Notes: generated by a model not told the origin, from the letters alone. Shown: positions 1 to 9,160, counted from the stretch's first letter. The stretch is DNA of 20,000 bases from Chiloscyllium plagiosum (GCF_004010195.1 NC_057749.1:8623645-8643644); one strand, 5' to 3'. A program made the numbers and translations.

Positions 1-194
1 ATGCAGACTTACTACTTAGTATTATCTCAAGATTTCAGTCACGTAAGTTGTTACAGGATACCTTGCAATAATTATCACTTATCAAACAGCTTTAGTGTGA
101 CAGGGTGTTAAAATCGAGGGTTAAAAAAACAAATAACTGGCAAATCAGATGGGACAGAAGGGGACATAAGGCTGGAGAAAGTTCGGCAAAATTG

Positions 195-282
195 AAAAGA
201 AAATATTTGCATTTATATACCACTTTTCAGGAAGCCCCAAAGCTTTTTACAGACAATGAAGTATTTTCGCAGAGTGGTCAAT
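195..282 (-). mobile_element. Old DeuSINE/SacSINE1-like SINE, 3' tail fragment
   Basis: TTGCATTTATATA...CCCAAAGCTTTTTACAGACAATGAAGTATTTT resembles the tail at 13495-13560 and the reverse complement of 12360-12400. Family assignment is from recall. Confidence 0.45.
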
Positions 283-299
283 AATGCTGGCGAGGGACA

Positions 300-512
300 T
301 CTGCCCTGGGATTTGCTCCAGAAACCTCTTTCTTACTCTCTCCTCCTTTAGCATGCACCTTAAAACCTCTCCTTCTGACCAAACCTCTGCGCACCTTTGC
401 TCCTATCAGCTTCTGTGTATCAGCATCAAATGTTGTTTTGGGTTTGATCCTGCAAACAGCCTTGGGGCATTTTACTGTGCTAAAGATATTTTGCAAATCC
501 AAGATGTTGTTT
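300..512 (+). mobile_element. Degenerate L2-type LINE 3' end
   Basis: CCTTAAAACCTCTCCTTCTGACCAAACC...GCCTTGGGGCATTTTACT...TAAAGATA...AAATCCAAGATGTTGTT matches the usual pattern of an L2 3' terminus. Confidence 0.5.
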
Positions 513-528
513 TCGGCTGCGATAGCGA

Positions 529-724
529 GGTAGCATAATGGCTCAGTGGGGTAGCACTGTCACCTCACAGCGGCAGGGATGTGGATTCGATTCCAGCCTT
601 GGGGTGACTGTCTGTGTGGAGTTTGCACATTCTCCCCGTGTCTGCGTAGGTTTCCCTTCACAGTCCAAAGATGTGTGGGTTAGGTGGATTGGCCATGCTA
701 AATAGTCCCCTTAGTATCCAGGGA
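529..724 (+). mobile_element. HE1-type tRNA-derived SINE (V-SINE), 3'-truncated
   Basis: A-box TGGCTCAGTGG, B-box-like GATTCGATTCC, and central domain TGTGTGGAGTTTGCACATTCTCCCCGTGTCTGCG. Confidence 0.9.
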
Positions 725-960
725 AGTAAAAATAATAGGATATGGAAGACATCAAGGTAGGTCATGGAGAAACTGATCAGAAGATGGAAAAGGATAATTA
801 AGTTAGACGTGGAGATAAACATTGTCACAGGAATGAAATGCCAGTGAGAAAAGGTCTAGGCAGGAACATCAATCAACTGTACCTTGATCAAAGTGTGCTG
901 TAGATTTGATAGAATAACTCAGGCCTGCTATCTTTGTGCAAAAGGAGAAATAGCAGCAGA

Positions 961-1500
961 TGGGCAATGTCGTTAGACTATTGATCCAGAGACCCAGGCG
1001 AACACATCAAGGACAGGAGTTCAAATTCCACCTCTGCAAATGGTAAAATCAAAGTTCAGTTTAGAAAATCTGGAATTGAAAACTAATCTCTGTAGTCATG
1101 ACCCTGGAACAATCATTGATGGTTGTCAGAAACAGGTCAACAATTCTCTGATGCTTTTTTTTGGGAACACAATTTGTTGTTCTCACCTGGTTTGGTCAGG
1201 CCCACGGCAACATATAACCCCAACAGTTGGCCTATCAAGTCTGCACTGAGCCTCCAAGGAGCATCTGAACAGACCCACCCAATCCCAGTAACCGAGTCTC
1301 TACCATGGTCAATCCACCTGACCTGCACATCTCTGGACTGTGGGAGGAAACCGGAGCATCCAGAGGGAACCCACGGAGAGAATGTACAAGCTACACCCAG
1401 ACAGACTGGAATTGAACCTGGGTCCCTGGCGCAGTGAGGCAGCAGTGCTAACCACTGTGCCACCATGCCAACCCAGTTGACAACATGGTTAACTCTTAAG
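961..1500 (+). mobile_element. Second tRNA-derived SINE family (old copy), split by an HE1 insertion
   Basis: ATCCAGAGACCCAGG...GTTCAAATTCCACC...AAAATCTGGAATT is the reverse-complement homolog of 6113-6700. It resumes at CAACATGGTTAACTCTTAA (1481). Confidence 0.7.
1214..1471 (-). mobile_element. HE1-type SINE
   Basis: Reverse strand begins TGGCATGGTGGCACAGTGGTTAGCACTGCTGCCTCAC. Flanked by CAACAT at 1208-1213 and 1481-1486 (probable TSD). Confidence 0.9.
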
Positions 1501-2017
1501 TTCTCTCAGAAATGGCATTGTAGCTCATTCCATTCAAGGGCAACATGATGCCAACATTTGTGGAAGAGCGAAGAAGGAAAATGGGAGGTAAACAGTGTGG
1601 TTTTATTAAATGGTGACTCTGGCTCAATGGAACAAAAGGACTGTTCCTGCTCCCATGATTTATATTCTTGCATTGTTCTAAGCAGGTTCTCAAACTGTTC
1701 TCAAACCATATCTATGCTATAGTATCTCTTTGTTATTATGCCCAATAATAACATCGAAAACATTTTAGTTCTGGGCTGACAAAGATTTCTGACCCATTGA
1801 GTTCAATGGGTGTGGATAAGTACTCCAGTCTGCTGTGTAGAAACACAGCAAATCCCTCAGTAAATTGCACTGATTCCATCTGCTTAGCCTATAACTGTTC
1901 ACTAGAAACCCAATCTATCAGCTTACTCTCAAGGATCAGTTGAAAGAACTGATCTTTCTAATCCTTAAAGCCCAATGCACCATCTGGAGATATTTTCCAA
2001 AACAAGCTGTTCAGAGA

Positions 2018-2397
2018 TATAAAATCCCTACAGTGTGGAAAGAGGCCCAACAAGTCCACACCGACCCTCCGAAGAGTAACCCGCCCAGATCCATTTCCTC
2101 TATATTTACCAGGAGAAAGTGAGGACTGCAGATGCTGGAGATCAGAGCTGAAAATGTGTTGCTGGAAAAGCGCAGCAGGTCAGGCAGCATCTAAGGAGCA
2201 GGAGAATCGACGTTTCGGGCATGAGCCCTTCTTTAGGAATGGCTCTTCTTTAGGAATGGCTCATGCCCGAAACGTCGATTCTCCTGCTCCTTGGATACTG
2301 CCTGACCTGCTGCGCTTTTCCAGCAACACATTTTCACCTCTATATTTACCTCTGACTAATGCACCTAACCCACACAACACTGAATACTGTGGGCAAC
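2018..2397 (-). mobile_element. HE1-type SINE 3' half, interrupted by a Penelope-like mini-element
   Basis: AATCCCTACAGTGTGGAA...CCCAACAAGTCCACACCGACCCTCCGAAGAG resumes after 2336 with CTGACTAATGCACCTAAC. Confidence 0.85.
2111..2336. mobile_element. Penelope-like terminal-repeat (pLTR) fold-back mini-element with 14-bp TSD
   Basis: 79-bp inverted arms at 2149-2227 and 2258-2336 (2 mismatches). TSD CCTCTATATTTACC at 2097-2110 and 2337-2350. Same sequence family as the termini of the GIY-YIG element at 3173-4164. Confidence 0.85.
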
Positions 2398-2716
2398 TTA
2401 GATTAGAGATTAGATTAGATTACTTACAGTGTGGAAACAGGTCCTTCTGCCCAACAAGTCCACACCGACCCTCTGAAGAGCAACCCACCCAGACCCATTC
2501 CGCTACATTTACCCCTTCACATAAACAACGGGCAATTTAGCATGGCCAAATCACCTAACCTGCACATTTAGGAAACCAGAGCACCCTGAGGAAACCCACG
2601 CAGACACGGGAAGAATGTGCAAACTCCACACAGACAGTTGCCTGAGGCAGGAATTGAACCCGGGTCTCTGGCGTTGTGAGGCAGCAGTGCTGACCACTGT
2701 GCCGCCGTGCCACCCC
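2398..2716 (-). mobile_element. HE1-type SINE, near full length, with a tail reading (TTAGA)n on the plus strand
   Basis: Reverse strand reads GGCACGGCGGCACAGTGGTCAGCACTGCTGCCTCAC...GGTTCAATTCC. The tail is at 2398-2421. Confidence 0.92.
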
Positions 2717-2894
2717 AATTACCCAGCTCTGGAATTGTTGGGACTTGAACCGTGCCTGCTAGTTCAGAGGCAGGGATGTTATGACTGCACCACACGAGTC
2801 TTTATCCCTCCTCTGGGCAGACTGACTCAGCATCAGCAGCAACTGAAGTGGCATCCGTGATCTCGAGTCTTATAACTGTATATTCAGAACTGTT

Positions 2895-3172
2895 ATAGAA
2901 TCATAGTCATGCAGCACAGAAACAGACCCTTCAGTACAACCAGTCCAAGCCGAACATTATCCCAAACTAAACTAGTCCCATTTGCCTGCTCCTGGCCCAT
3001 TTCCCTCCAAACATATCCTATTCAGTATCTATCCAAATATCTTTTAAACGTTGTAATTGTACCCATATCTACCACTTCATTCCAAACGTGAACCACTCTC
3101 TGTGTAAAAAATGTGCCCCTCATGACTTTTTTAAATCTGTAATCTGTCTCCTCTCACTTTAAAATGTACCCC
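2895..3172 (-). mobile_element. CR1/HER1-type LINE 3' end; continues at 4165-4180
   Basis: ATAGAATCATAGTCAT tail, CAGCACAGAAACAGACCCTTC and CTTTTAAACGTTGTAATTGTACC. Homologous to the reverse complement of 10640-10885. Confidence 0.85.
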
Positions 3173-4164
3173 TCAAAGAAGGTGAGGACAGCAGATGGTA
3201 GAGATCAGTTGAGAGTGTGGTGCTGGAAAAGCACAGCAGGTCAGGCAGCATGTGTGGTGCTGGAAAAGCACAGCAGGTCAGGCAGCATCTGAGGAGCAGG
3301 AGAATCCATGTTTTGGACGTAAGCCCTTCATCAGGAATTGCGATAGTAGATGAAGGTGAGGGAGAAGGTGATAGGTCGGGGGGACATGAGCGGATCGATG
3401 GGAAAGGTGATGGACAGGTCAGGAGGGCAGTGCTGAGTTGGAGGTTGGGGACTGGGATAATGTGTGGGGAGGAAAATGAGGAAACTGATGAAATCCACTT
3501 AATCCCATGTGGATGCAGGGTCCCAAAGCGGAATATGAGGCGTTCTTTCTCCGGGGATCAGATGGTAAGGGTTTGGCGATGGAGGAGGCCCAGGACCTGC
3601 ATGTCCTTGCTGGAGCGGGAGGGGGACTTGAAGTGTTCAGCCACGGGGCGGTGGGGGTTGGTGGGTGTGGATGTCCCAGTGATGTTCTCTGAAATGATCC
3701 GCAAGAAGGCGTCCTGTCTCCCTGATGCAGAGGAGACCACATCGGGTGCAACAGATGCTGTAGATGACATTGGTAAAGGTACGAGTAAATTTCTGTTGGA
3801 TGTGGAAGGATCCTTTGGGGCCTTGGACGGAGGTGAGGGGAGTGGTGTTGGTGGTGGGGTCTGTTTGGAGGTGGCGGAAGTGGCAAAGGATGATGCGATG
3901 TATGCGGAGGTTGGTGGGGTGGAAGGTGAGGACTGGGGGGGTTCTGTCCTTCTTGGACTCCAACTCAGCACTGTCCTCCTGACCTGTCCATCACCTTTCC
4001 CATCTATCTGCTCCACCCCACCCCGATCTATCACCTTCTCCCTCACCTTCATCTACCTATCGCTTTCTCAGCTACCTTACCCCCAACCCCAAAACCCTCC
4101 TTCAGCCACCTGGCCCACAAGCCTCATTCCTGATGAAGGGCTTATACCCAAAATGTTGATTCAG
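3173..4164 (-). mobile_element. Penelope-like retroelement, 5'-truncated, with inverted partial pLTR
   Basis: pLTR at 3175-3445, GIY-YIG relic at 3490-3963, and an inverted copy (3958-4063 mirrors 3340-3443). Probable TSD ATGTACCCC at 3164-3172 and 4165-4173 inside a CR1 fragment. Confidence 0.88.
3490..3963 (-). pseudogene. Penelope-type GIY-YIG endonuclease domain relic (C-terminus of the PLE ORF)
   Basis: KDRTPPVLTFHP...NVIYSICCTRCGLLCIRETGRLLADHFREH, then after a frameshift PVAEHFKSPSRS..MQVLGLL, a stop codon, and EKERLIFRFGTLHPHGI. This fits the VIY-x-CxxC-YIGET...F-EH...L-P-G motif series, but it is disrupted. Confidence 0.9.
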
Positions 4165-4189
4165 ATGTACCCCCTAGTCTACCTCAAAG

Positions 4190-4290
4190 TCCACTTTACC
4201 TGATGAAGGAGAAACATTGCAAAAGCTTGAGATTTCAAATGAACTGGTTAGACTATAATCTGGTGTTGTGACTTTTTCCACCCATTCCAA
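4190..4290 (+). mobile_element. Second PLE-type terminal-repeat family fragment with decayed hammerhead
   Basis: CTGATGAAGGAG...AAAAGCTT (4200-4228) followed by GATTTCAAATGAACTGGTTAGACTATAATCTGGTG. Family assignment is from recall. Confidence 0.55.
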
Positions 4291-4714
4291 TACCCAGTCC
4301 CAGAGCTAGTGATAGGGATTACGTTGGGACCCAGTAGTTGGTACCCAGGGCTCAAAGGGGCCTGCAGTGCTTGGTCTGGAGTGGGGTCAGGAGCAGGAAT
4401 GAGGAACTTGATTTCTGACCCCAGCTCTGCTCCTTCCAATCCCTTCATATTCTTCCCAAAATGTGGCACCCACAACTACATGCATTACTTCAGCTGAGGT
4501 CTTTGTGTAAGTTTAGCATCACATTTTGTACTCTATGATCCTACTAATAAAGCTCAGGATACTGAATGCTTCATTAATTGATCCCCTTAATTATCCCAAC
4601 CACCTTCAATAACCATTGCATATGTGCACTCAGGTCGCTGCACTCCTGCACCCCCTGAAGACTTATACCCATTATTTCATATTGTCTGTCCTTATATTTC
4701 CAAGCTCAATAACT

Positions 4715-4913
4715 TGTGGAGCCGGAATAAGCATAGCAGGTCAGATGGCAACCAAGGAGCAGGAGAGTCAACGTTTCAGGCACAAGCCTTTCATCAGGAG
4801 TCCCTATGAAGAGTCCTGCCTGAAACATTAATTCTCCTGCTCCTCAGATGCTTTTTCCAACACCACACTTTATCAACTCTGACTCTCCAGCATCTGCAGT
4901 CTTCACTATCTAC
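4715..4913. mobile_element. Penelope-like fold-back mini-element (older, diverged arms)
   Basis: AGGAGCAGGAGAGTCAACGTTTCAGGC mirrors GCCTGAAACATTAATTCTCCTGCTCCT. It ends in the family terminus CCAGCATCTGCAGTCTTCACT. Confidence 0.8.
4764..4800 (-). ncRNA. Minimal type I hammerhead ribozyme motif (core intact)
   Basis: Reverse strand: actc-CTGATGA-A-AGGC-TTGT-GCCT-GAAA-CGTT-gact. Confidence 0.6.
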
Positions 4914-5127
4914 TTACATTTCCAAACAAAGTGCAGAACTTTTGGAGTTCTGCACCACTCATGCTTCGAAGTTTAGTATCAGCCACAAACTTTCAACTTG
5001 TCCTCTGCACGCTCACTTCTGTGTCATTAAGAAAAAAAGAAGTGTCCCACTACCAACCCCTGGGGAACTCCACTGCAACCTTCCTCCAGCCCAAACAACA
5101 TTCATTAGCCACTGTTCCCAATTTCCC

Positions 5128-5385
5128 ATAGAAGTTGTAGATAGAGTCACCGAGTTGTAAGCACAGAAACAGACCCTTCAGTCCAACTCATCCACGCTGA
5201 CCAGCCATTCCAATCTGACCAACTCCCATCTGCCAGCATTTGGCCCATATCCCTCTAAACCCTCCCTATTCATGTACCCATCCAGATGCCTTTTAAATGT
5301 TGTAATTGTACCAGCTTCCACCACTTCCTCTTGCAGCTCGTTCCATTCATGCACCACGCTCTGTGTGAAAAGGTCACCCCTCCGA
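5128..5385 (-). mobile_element. CR1/HER1-type LINE 3' end
   Basis: GCACAGAAACAGACCCTTCAGTCC...ATCCAGATGCCTTTTAAATGTTGTAATTGTACCAGC is the reverse-complement homolog of 18590-18806. Confidence 0.88.
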
Positions 5386-6029
5386 TCTTGTAATTTCCCA
5401 TCTGGAGTGCCAGAGAGAGTGAAAACCTGGTGTTTGAGCAGATCTGTGCATTAACAACCCAATAGCCTTCACAAGTGTCTTGCCCTGTTCATGCATGCTT
5501 TTCCTCTGAAGGTGAAATCGTCTTTGTCTTATTTTTACTGAATCCCTTGCCAAGCTGTGCATTAATGATCCTTGGAAGCTTCCTGTCCCCTTTATGCTGT
5601 GTTTAAGATCCCTTGTGCCCTTCACAGGCCAATGAAGTAAATTGCGATCAAACATTTCCCTTCGTGCGACATGAAACATGCCAGCTCCTTGCTGACGGGC
5701 AGCTGTTTGCTCGGAGGCATTTTACAAGAATTTTAGCTGAAGAGTACACTTTGCAATGTAACACAAAGGCACAGATGTCATTGAGGCTAGTTTTAGGTCA
5801 GCACTTTATAAAGCTGCTAACCTCATCTGAAATCGCTGTGCTAATGGAGTGACTTGTCCTTGTCCATAATTAGGTCTGCTGAGTGCTGACTTTGTTTTGT
5901 GAGGCTAATTGAGTCTCATGCACGTATATGTATATACAAAGGGATACAGTATACAGAACAGAATGCAGGAGTGTTCTGACCGCAGTGCAGTTCTGCAATT
6001 GAAGAGACCTCATTAACTCCTGGCATCCA

Positions 6030-6110
6030 TGCTTGACAAACCTACTGGAGTTCTTTGAGGATGTAACTAGTAGAGTTGATGATGGCGAGCCAGTGGATGT
6101 GGTTTATTTA
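6030..6110 (+). pseudogene. CR1 reverse-transcriptase fragment
   Basis: Translates as CLTNLLEFFEDVTSRVDDGEPVDVVYL, the CR1 RT segment that precedes DFxKAFD. Confidence 0.88.
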
Positions 6111-6291
6111 ATTTTTTAAAAAGTTTAATTTATCCACTCATGGGATGTGACTAAGCTGACATTTATTGCCCATCCCTCATTGCCCAGAGGGAAGTTAAGA
6201 GTTAACCACATTGCTAAGGGTCTGGAGTCACATATGGGCCAGATCAGGTAAGGATGACAGTTTCCTTCCCCTAAAGGACTTTAGTGAACCA

Positions 6292-6504
6292 AAAGAGAAA
6301 ATGCTGGAAAATCTCAGCAGGTCTGGCAGCATCTGTAAGGAGAGAAAAGAGCTGACAAAGCTTTGACAAAGGGTCAGTTAGACTCGAAACGTCAGCTCTT
6401 TTCTCTCCTTACAGATGCTGCCAGACCTGCTGAGATTTTACAGCATTTTCTCTTTTGGCTTCAGATTCCAGCATCCGCAGTAATTTGCTTTTATCCAGTT
6501 TTAT
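6292..6504. mobile_element. Penelope-like fold-back mini-element (third family) with 14-bp TSD
   Basis: 68-bp inverted arms at 6289-6356 and 6391-6458 (1 mismatch). TSD ACTTTAGTGAACCA at 6278-6291 and 6505-6518. Confidence 0.85.
6359..6397 (+). ncRNA. Minimal type I hammerhead ribozyme motif with U3:A8 variant core
   Basis: AGCT-TTGACAA-A-GGGTC-AGTTA-GACTC-GAAA-CGTC-AGCT: 4-bp stem I, 5-bp stem II and palindromic ACGT stem III. Predicted cleavage after GUC (6393). Confidence 0.7.
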
Positions 6505-7405
6505 ACTTTAGTGAACCAGATGGTTTTTCTCCAGCGATTGACAGTGGATTCATGGTCATCATTAGACGCTAAATTCCAGATTTTTATTGAACTCAAATTC
6601 CACCATCTATCACGATGGGACTCAAACTTGGGTCCCCAGGACATTACCTGGGTCCCTAGATTAACAGTCTAGAGATAACACCACTGGACCATCTCTTCCC
6701 AGAGTTTCTGAATTTGGACTTTCAGAAGTCTTTCATCACACCCACCTAAGAGATCAGTGTACACAAAGCAATGTGGCTTCTTGCACTTTCCTATCACAAG
6801 AAGCAGCAGATATTCAATGCCATCCACATTGCTGCAGACCACAGCAGCAACACCCCGACCCCCGGCTTCATTTTCCACCATTGCACGTCCCAGCTTTAAA
6901 CACTAAAGAATGACTTGGTAAATGACGGCAGTTTCATCTGCGTTACAGATGTCCCCTGATGTGTTCTTGCTCAGGAGGTGAGAGAGACCAGCTTACAGCT
7001 GACACTGCAGACTCACCCATGACTCGGCACTCTCACTCTACAATCAGTTCCGATTGGTTGGCACAGTCATATGGCCAGCACACCCAAGTTCCGCTACTCA
7101 GGAAATAGCAATCAAGAACTTCATTTATAATGGGTGCCCTTCAAATTGGATGTCTCATCCTGTGGATGGGAATAGCTAACTATTTCAGCACATCCAGTTT
7201 CTGAATTTGACTCATCAATTTTGCTGTACAGGGGGTCACCGATGCCCAATGTCTTACTAAAGAACATCCGATTTATGAACATAATCCAATACAGGCGTGC
7301 AATTTAAACAATCTAATATTCAAATGTTTCCTGTAGTAATGAGGGGTCACTATATTCTCCTGCATTGTATTCTGACTTGCATTCACATCCATTTACAAAC
7401 GAACT

Positions 7406-7995
7406 TGATTCCAGCCTCGGGTGACTGTTTGTGTGGAGTTTGCACATTCTCCCCATGTCTGCATGGGTTTCCACTTTGTGCTCTAGCTTCCTCCCACAGT
7501 CCAAAGATGTGCAGGTTAGGTGAATTGCCCATAGTGTTCAGGGATGTGTAGGATGGGTGGATTGGCCATGGGAAACACAAGGTTACAGAGATGGGGTAGG
7601 GGTCTGGGTGATATGTCTTTTTAAAATACATTTATGGGATTGGGTGTTGCTGGCTGGACCAGCATTGATAGCCCATCCCAATTTGCCTTTGAGAAGGTGG
7701 GGGTGAGTTGCCTCCTTGAATCGCGGCAGTCCACCTGCTGTTGGTTGACCCACAATGTTGGTAGGAAGGGAATTCCAGGATTTTGACCCAACGACTGTGA
7801 AGGAACGGCGATGTATTTCCAAGGCAGGATGGTGAGTGGCTTGGAGGGGAACTTGCAGGTGGTGGTGTTCCCATGTATCTGCTGTCCTTGTCCTTCTAGA
7901 TGGAAGTGGCCGTGGGTTTGGAAGGTGCTGTCTTCAGAGGGTCAGTATGGACTTGTCGGGTTGCATGGCCTGGTTCCACACTGTAAGGATCCCAT
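7406..7995 (+). mobile_element. HE1-type SINE, 5'-truncated, split by a LINE fragment
   Basis: TTGATTCCAGCCTCGGGTGACTG...GGGTCTGGGTG to ~7612, resuming at 7931 with TCTTCAGAGGGTCAGTATGGACTTG. Confidence 0.85.
7620..7930 (-). mobile_element. CR1/L2-group LINE 3' end (probable partner of the second SINE)
   Basis: Minus-strand GSKSWNSLPTNIVGQPTAGGLPRFKEATHPHLLKG fits the LINE ORF2 C-terminal WNSLP...FK motif. Homologous to 8932-9160. Confidence 0.8.
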
Positions 7996-8009
7996 CTATT
8001 TGAATGTAT

Positions 8010-8420
8010 GAATAAGAGTAGGCCATTCAGCCCCACGAACCTGTTCCATCTTTCAATGAGATTGTGATTGATCTCGATCCCAACACTTTCAATCTGATTT
8101 GCCTCCTTGTCTTTTGTTTTAATTCCAGTGGCTGCCAATCTATCAATCAACATGATTTATTGCGCTGACTGCAATGCTTCTTTTTGCAGGAGAGATTGAG
8201 TTCTAGATGTCCACCATTCTTTTCCAAGAAGGAAGCCTTCCTCATTTCTGTCCATGATGCTTTGATCTTAATGTTACATCATCTTGTCTTTGACTTCCCA
8301 ACCTACAGTAATGATCTCTACCCCCATCAATCCCTTTTAAGTTCCTCAATACAAACATAATTAAATTAACCTCTTAACCTTCCAAACTCCACAATATATG
8401 AACCTGGCCTGTGTATTCTC
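8010..8420 (-). mobile_element. Very old CR1-type LINE 3' end
   Basis: GAGTAGGCCATTCAGCCCCACGAACCTGTTCCATCTTTCAATGAGAT tail and CTCTTAACCTTCCAAACTCCA. Heavily diverged. Confidence 0.55.
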
Positions 8421-8514
8421 TCTGTATATTCCAGTTCATTGAACCCTGGTGATCAAATCACCACAGCACATTCTAAGTGCATGAACTATTGATACAGTTC
8501 CAGTTGGAGATCCA

Positions 8515-8780
8515 TCTATCAACAAACACATTGACTTGGATCCCATTTACCACTCCCTGAAAAAAAGAACAGGAAATGACATCACTACAGGAAATGATAT
8601 TACGAACCCAAAGAAACCCAAATAGAAAGCAGGAAACACCAGCAGTGCTTCGTCCGGAGGCTCACTGAAGATGTTTCCTATTATGGTGATGAAGTGTCTG
8701 GAAATGAAGCTCCCAGCTCAGCGAGCAAAAATACATCCAGAACCTCAACCTAAGCTACAAATCTTCTCAACATTTGCTAA
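8515..8780 (+). mobile_element. Fourth PLE family 3' end (ORF C-terminus plus terminal repeat with decayed hammerhead)
   Basis: TCTATCAACAAACACATTGACTTGGATCCCATTTAC translates as SINKHIDLDPIY, a PLE ORF-end motif from recall. Hammerhead remnant tca-CTGAAGA-T-GTTTCC-TATTAT-GGTGAT-GAAGTGTC-tg at 8662-8700. Confidence 0.7.
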
Positions 8781-8819
8781 CAGCAGCAGCAGATTTAGGG
8801 AACGCCAAAATCATCAACT

Positions 8820-8925
8820 GGATGCTGACAATTGGAAATGCCAACAGAAATTGCTGGAGAAACTCTGGCAGCATCTGTGGAGAGAAAGTAGAGTTAATGT
8901 TTCAAATCCAGTGACCCTTCAGCAA
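8820..8925 (-). mobile_element. Decayed PLE terminal-repeat fragment
   Basis: TGCTGGAGAAACTCTGGCAGCATCTGTGGAGAGAAAGTAGAGTTAATGTTTC is homologous to 12075-12142 and 6300-6356. Confidence 0.7.
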
Positions 8926-8931
8926 ATGTTA

Positions 8932-9160
8932 ATGCCACCACCTGCAAGTTCCCCTCCAAGCCATTCACTATCCCAACTTGGAAAGGTATCACCATTCCTT
9001 CAGTGTCACTGGGTCAAATCCCTGGAATTCTATCCATAATGGCATTCTGGGTTTACCTACAGCACAGGGACTGCTGCAGTTCAGATGATAATGCACCACC
9101 CCCTTGTTGAGGGCAATTAGGGTTGGGCAATCAAAGCTGGCCCACGTGTGTATCCAGTGA
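8932..9160 (+). mobile_element. CR1/L2-group LINE 3' end
   Basis: CACCACCTGCAAGTTCCCCTCCAAGCCA...GGGTCAAATCCCTGGAATTC...GGGCAATTAGGGTTGGGCAAT. Reverse-complement homolog of 7620-7930. Confidence 0.8.

Larger units (their letters stand above)
4435..5000 (-). mobile_element. Old CR1-type LINE ORF2 fragment, split by a PLE mini-element
   Basis: Minus-strand WVPHFGKNMKGLE resembles the CR1 motif WSPxxRKDVxxLE. ACATTTCCAAACA resumes after 4913. Confidence 0.6.
6113..6700 (-). mobile_element. Second tRNA-derived SINE family, near full length, interrupted by a PLE mini-element
   Basis: Reverse strand head GGGAAGAGATGGTCCAGTGGTG...AAGTTTGAGTCCC. Its tail GGGCAATGAGGGATGGGCAATAAATG is shared with the LINE ends at 7620-7930 and 8932-9160. 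Confidence 0.8.

Noticed and set aside
529..600. tRNA-like A/B boxes here and at other SINE heads
   Set aside because: They continue into SINE bodies and do not form a complete cloverleaf, so they are not tRNA genes.
3217..4203. 328-aa ORF on the plus strand
   Set aside because: It is antisense to the Penelope GIY-YIG relic and runs through inverted terminal repeats. It has no protein-like features of its own.
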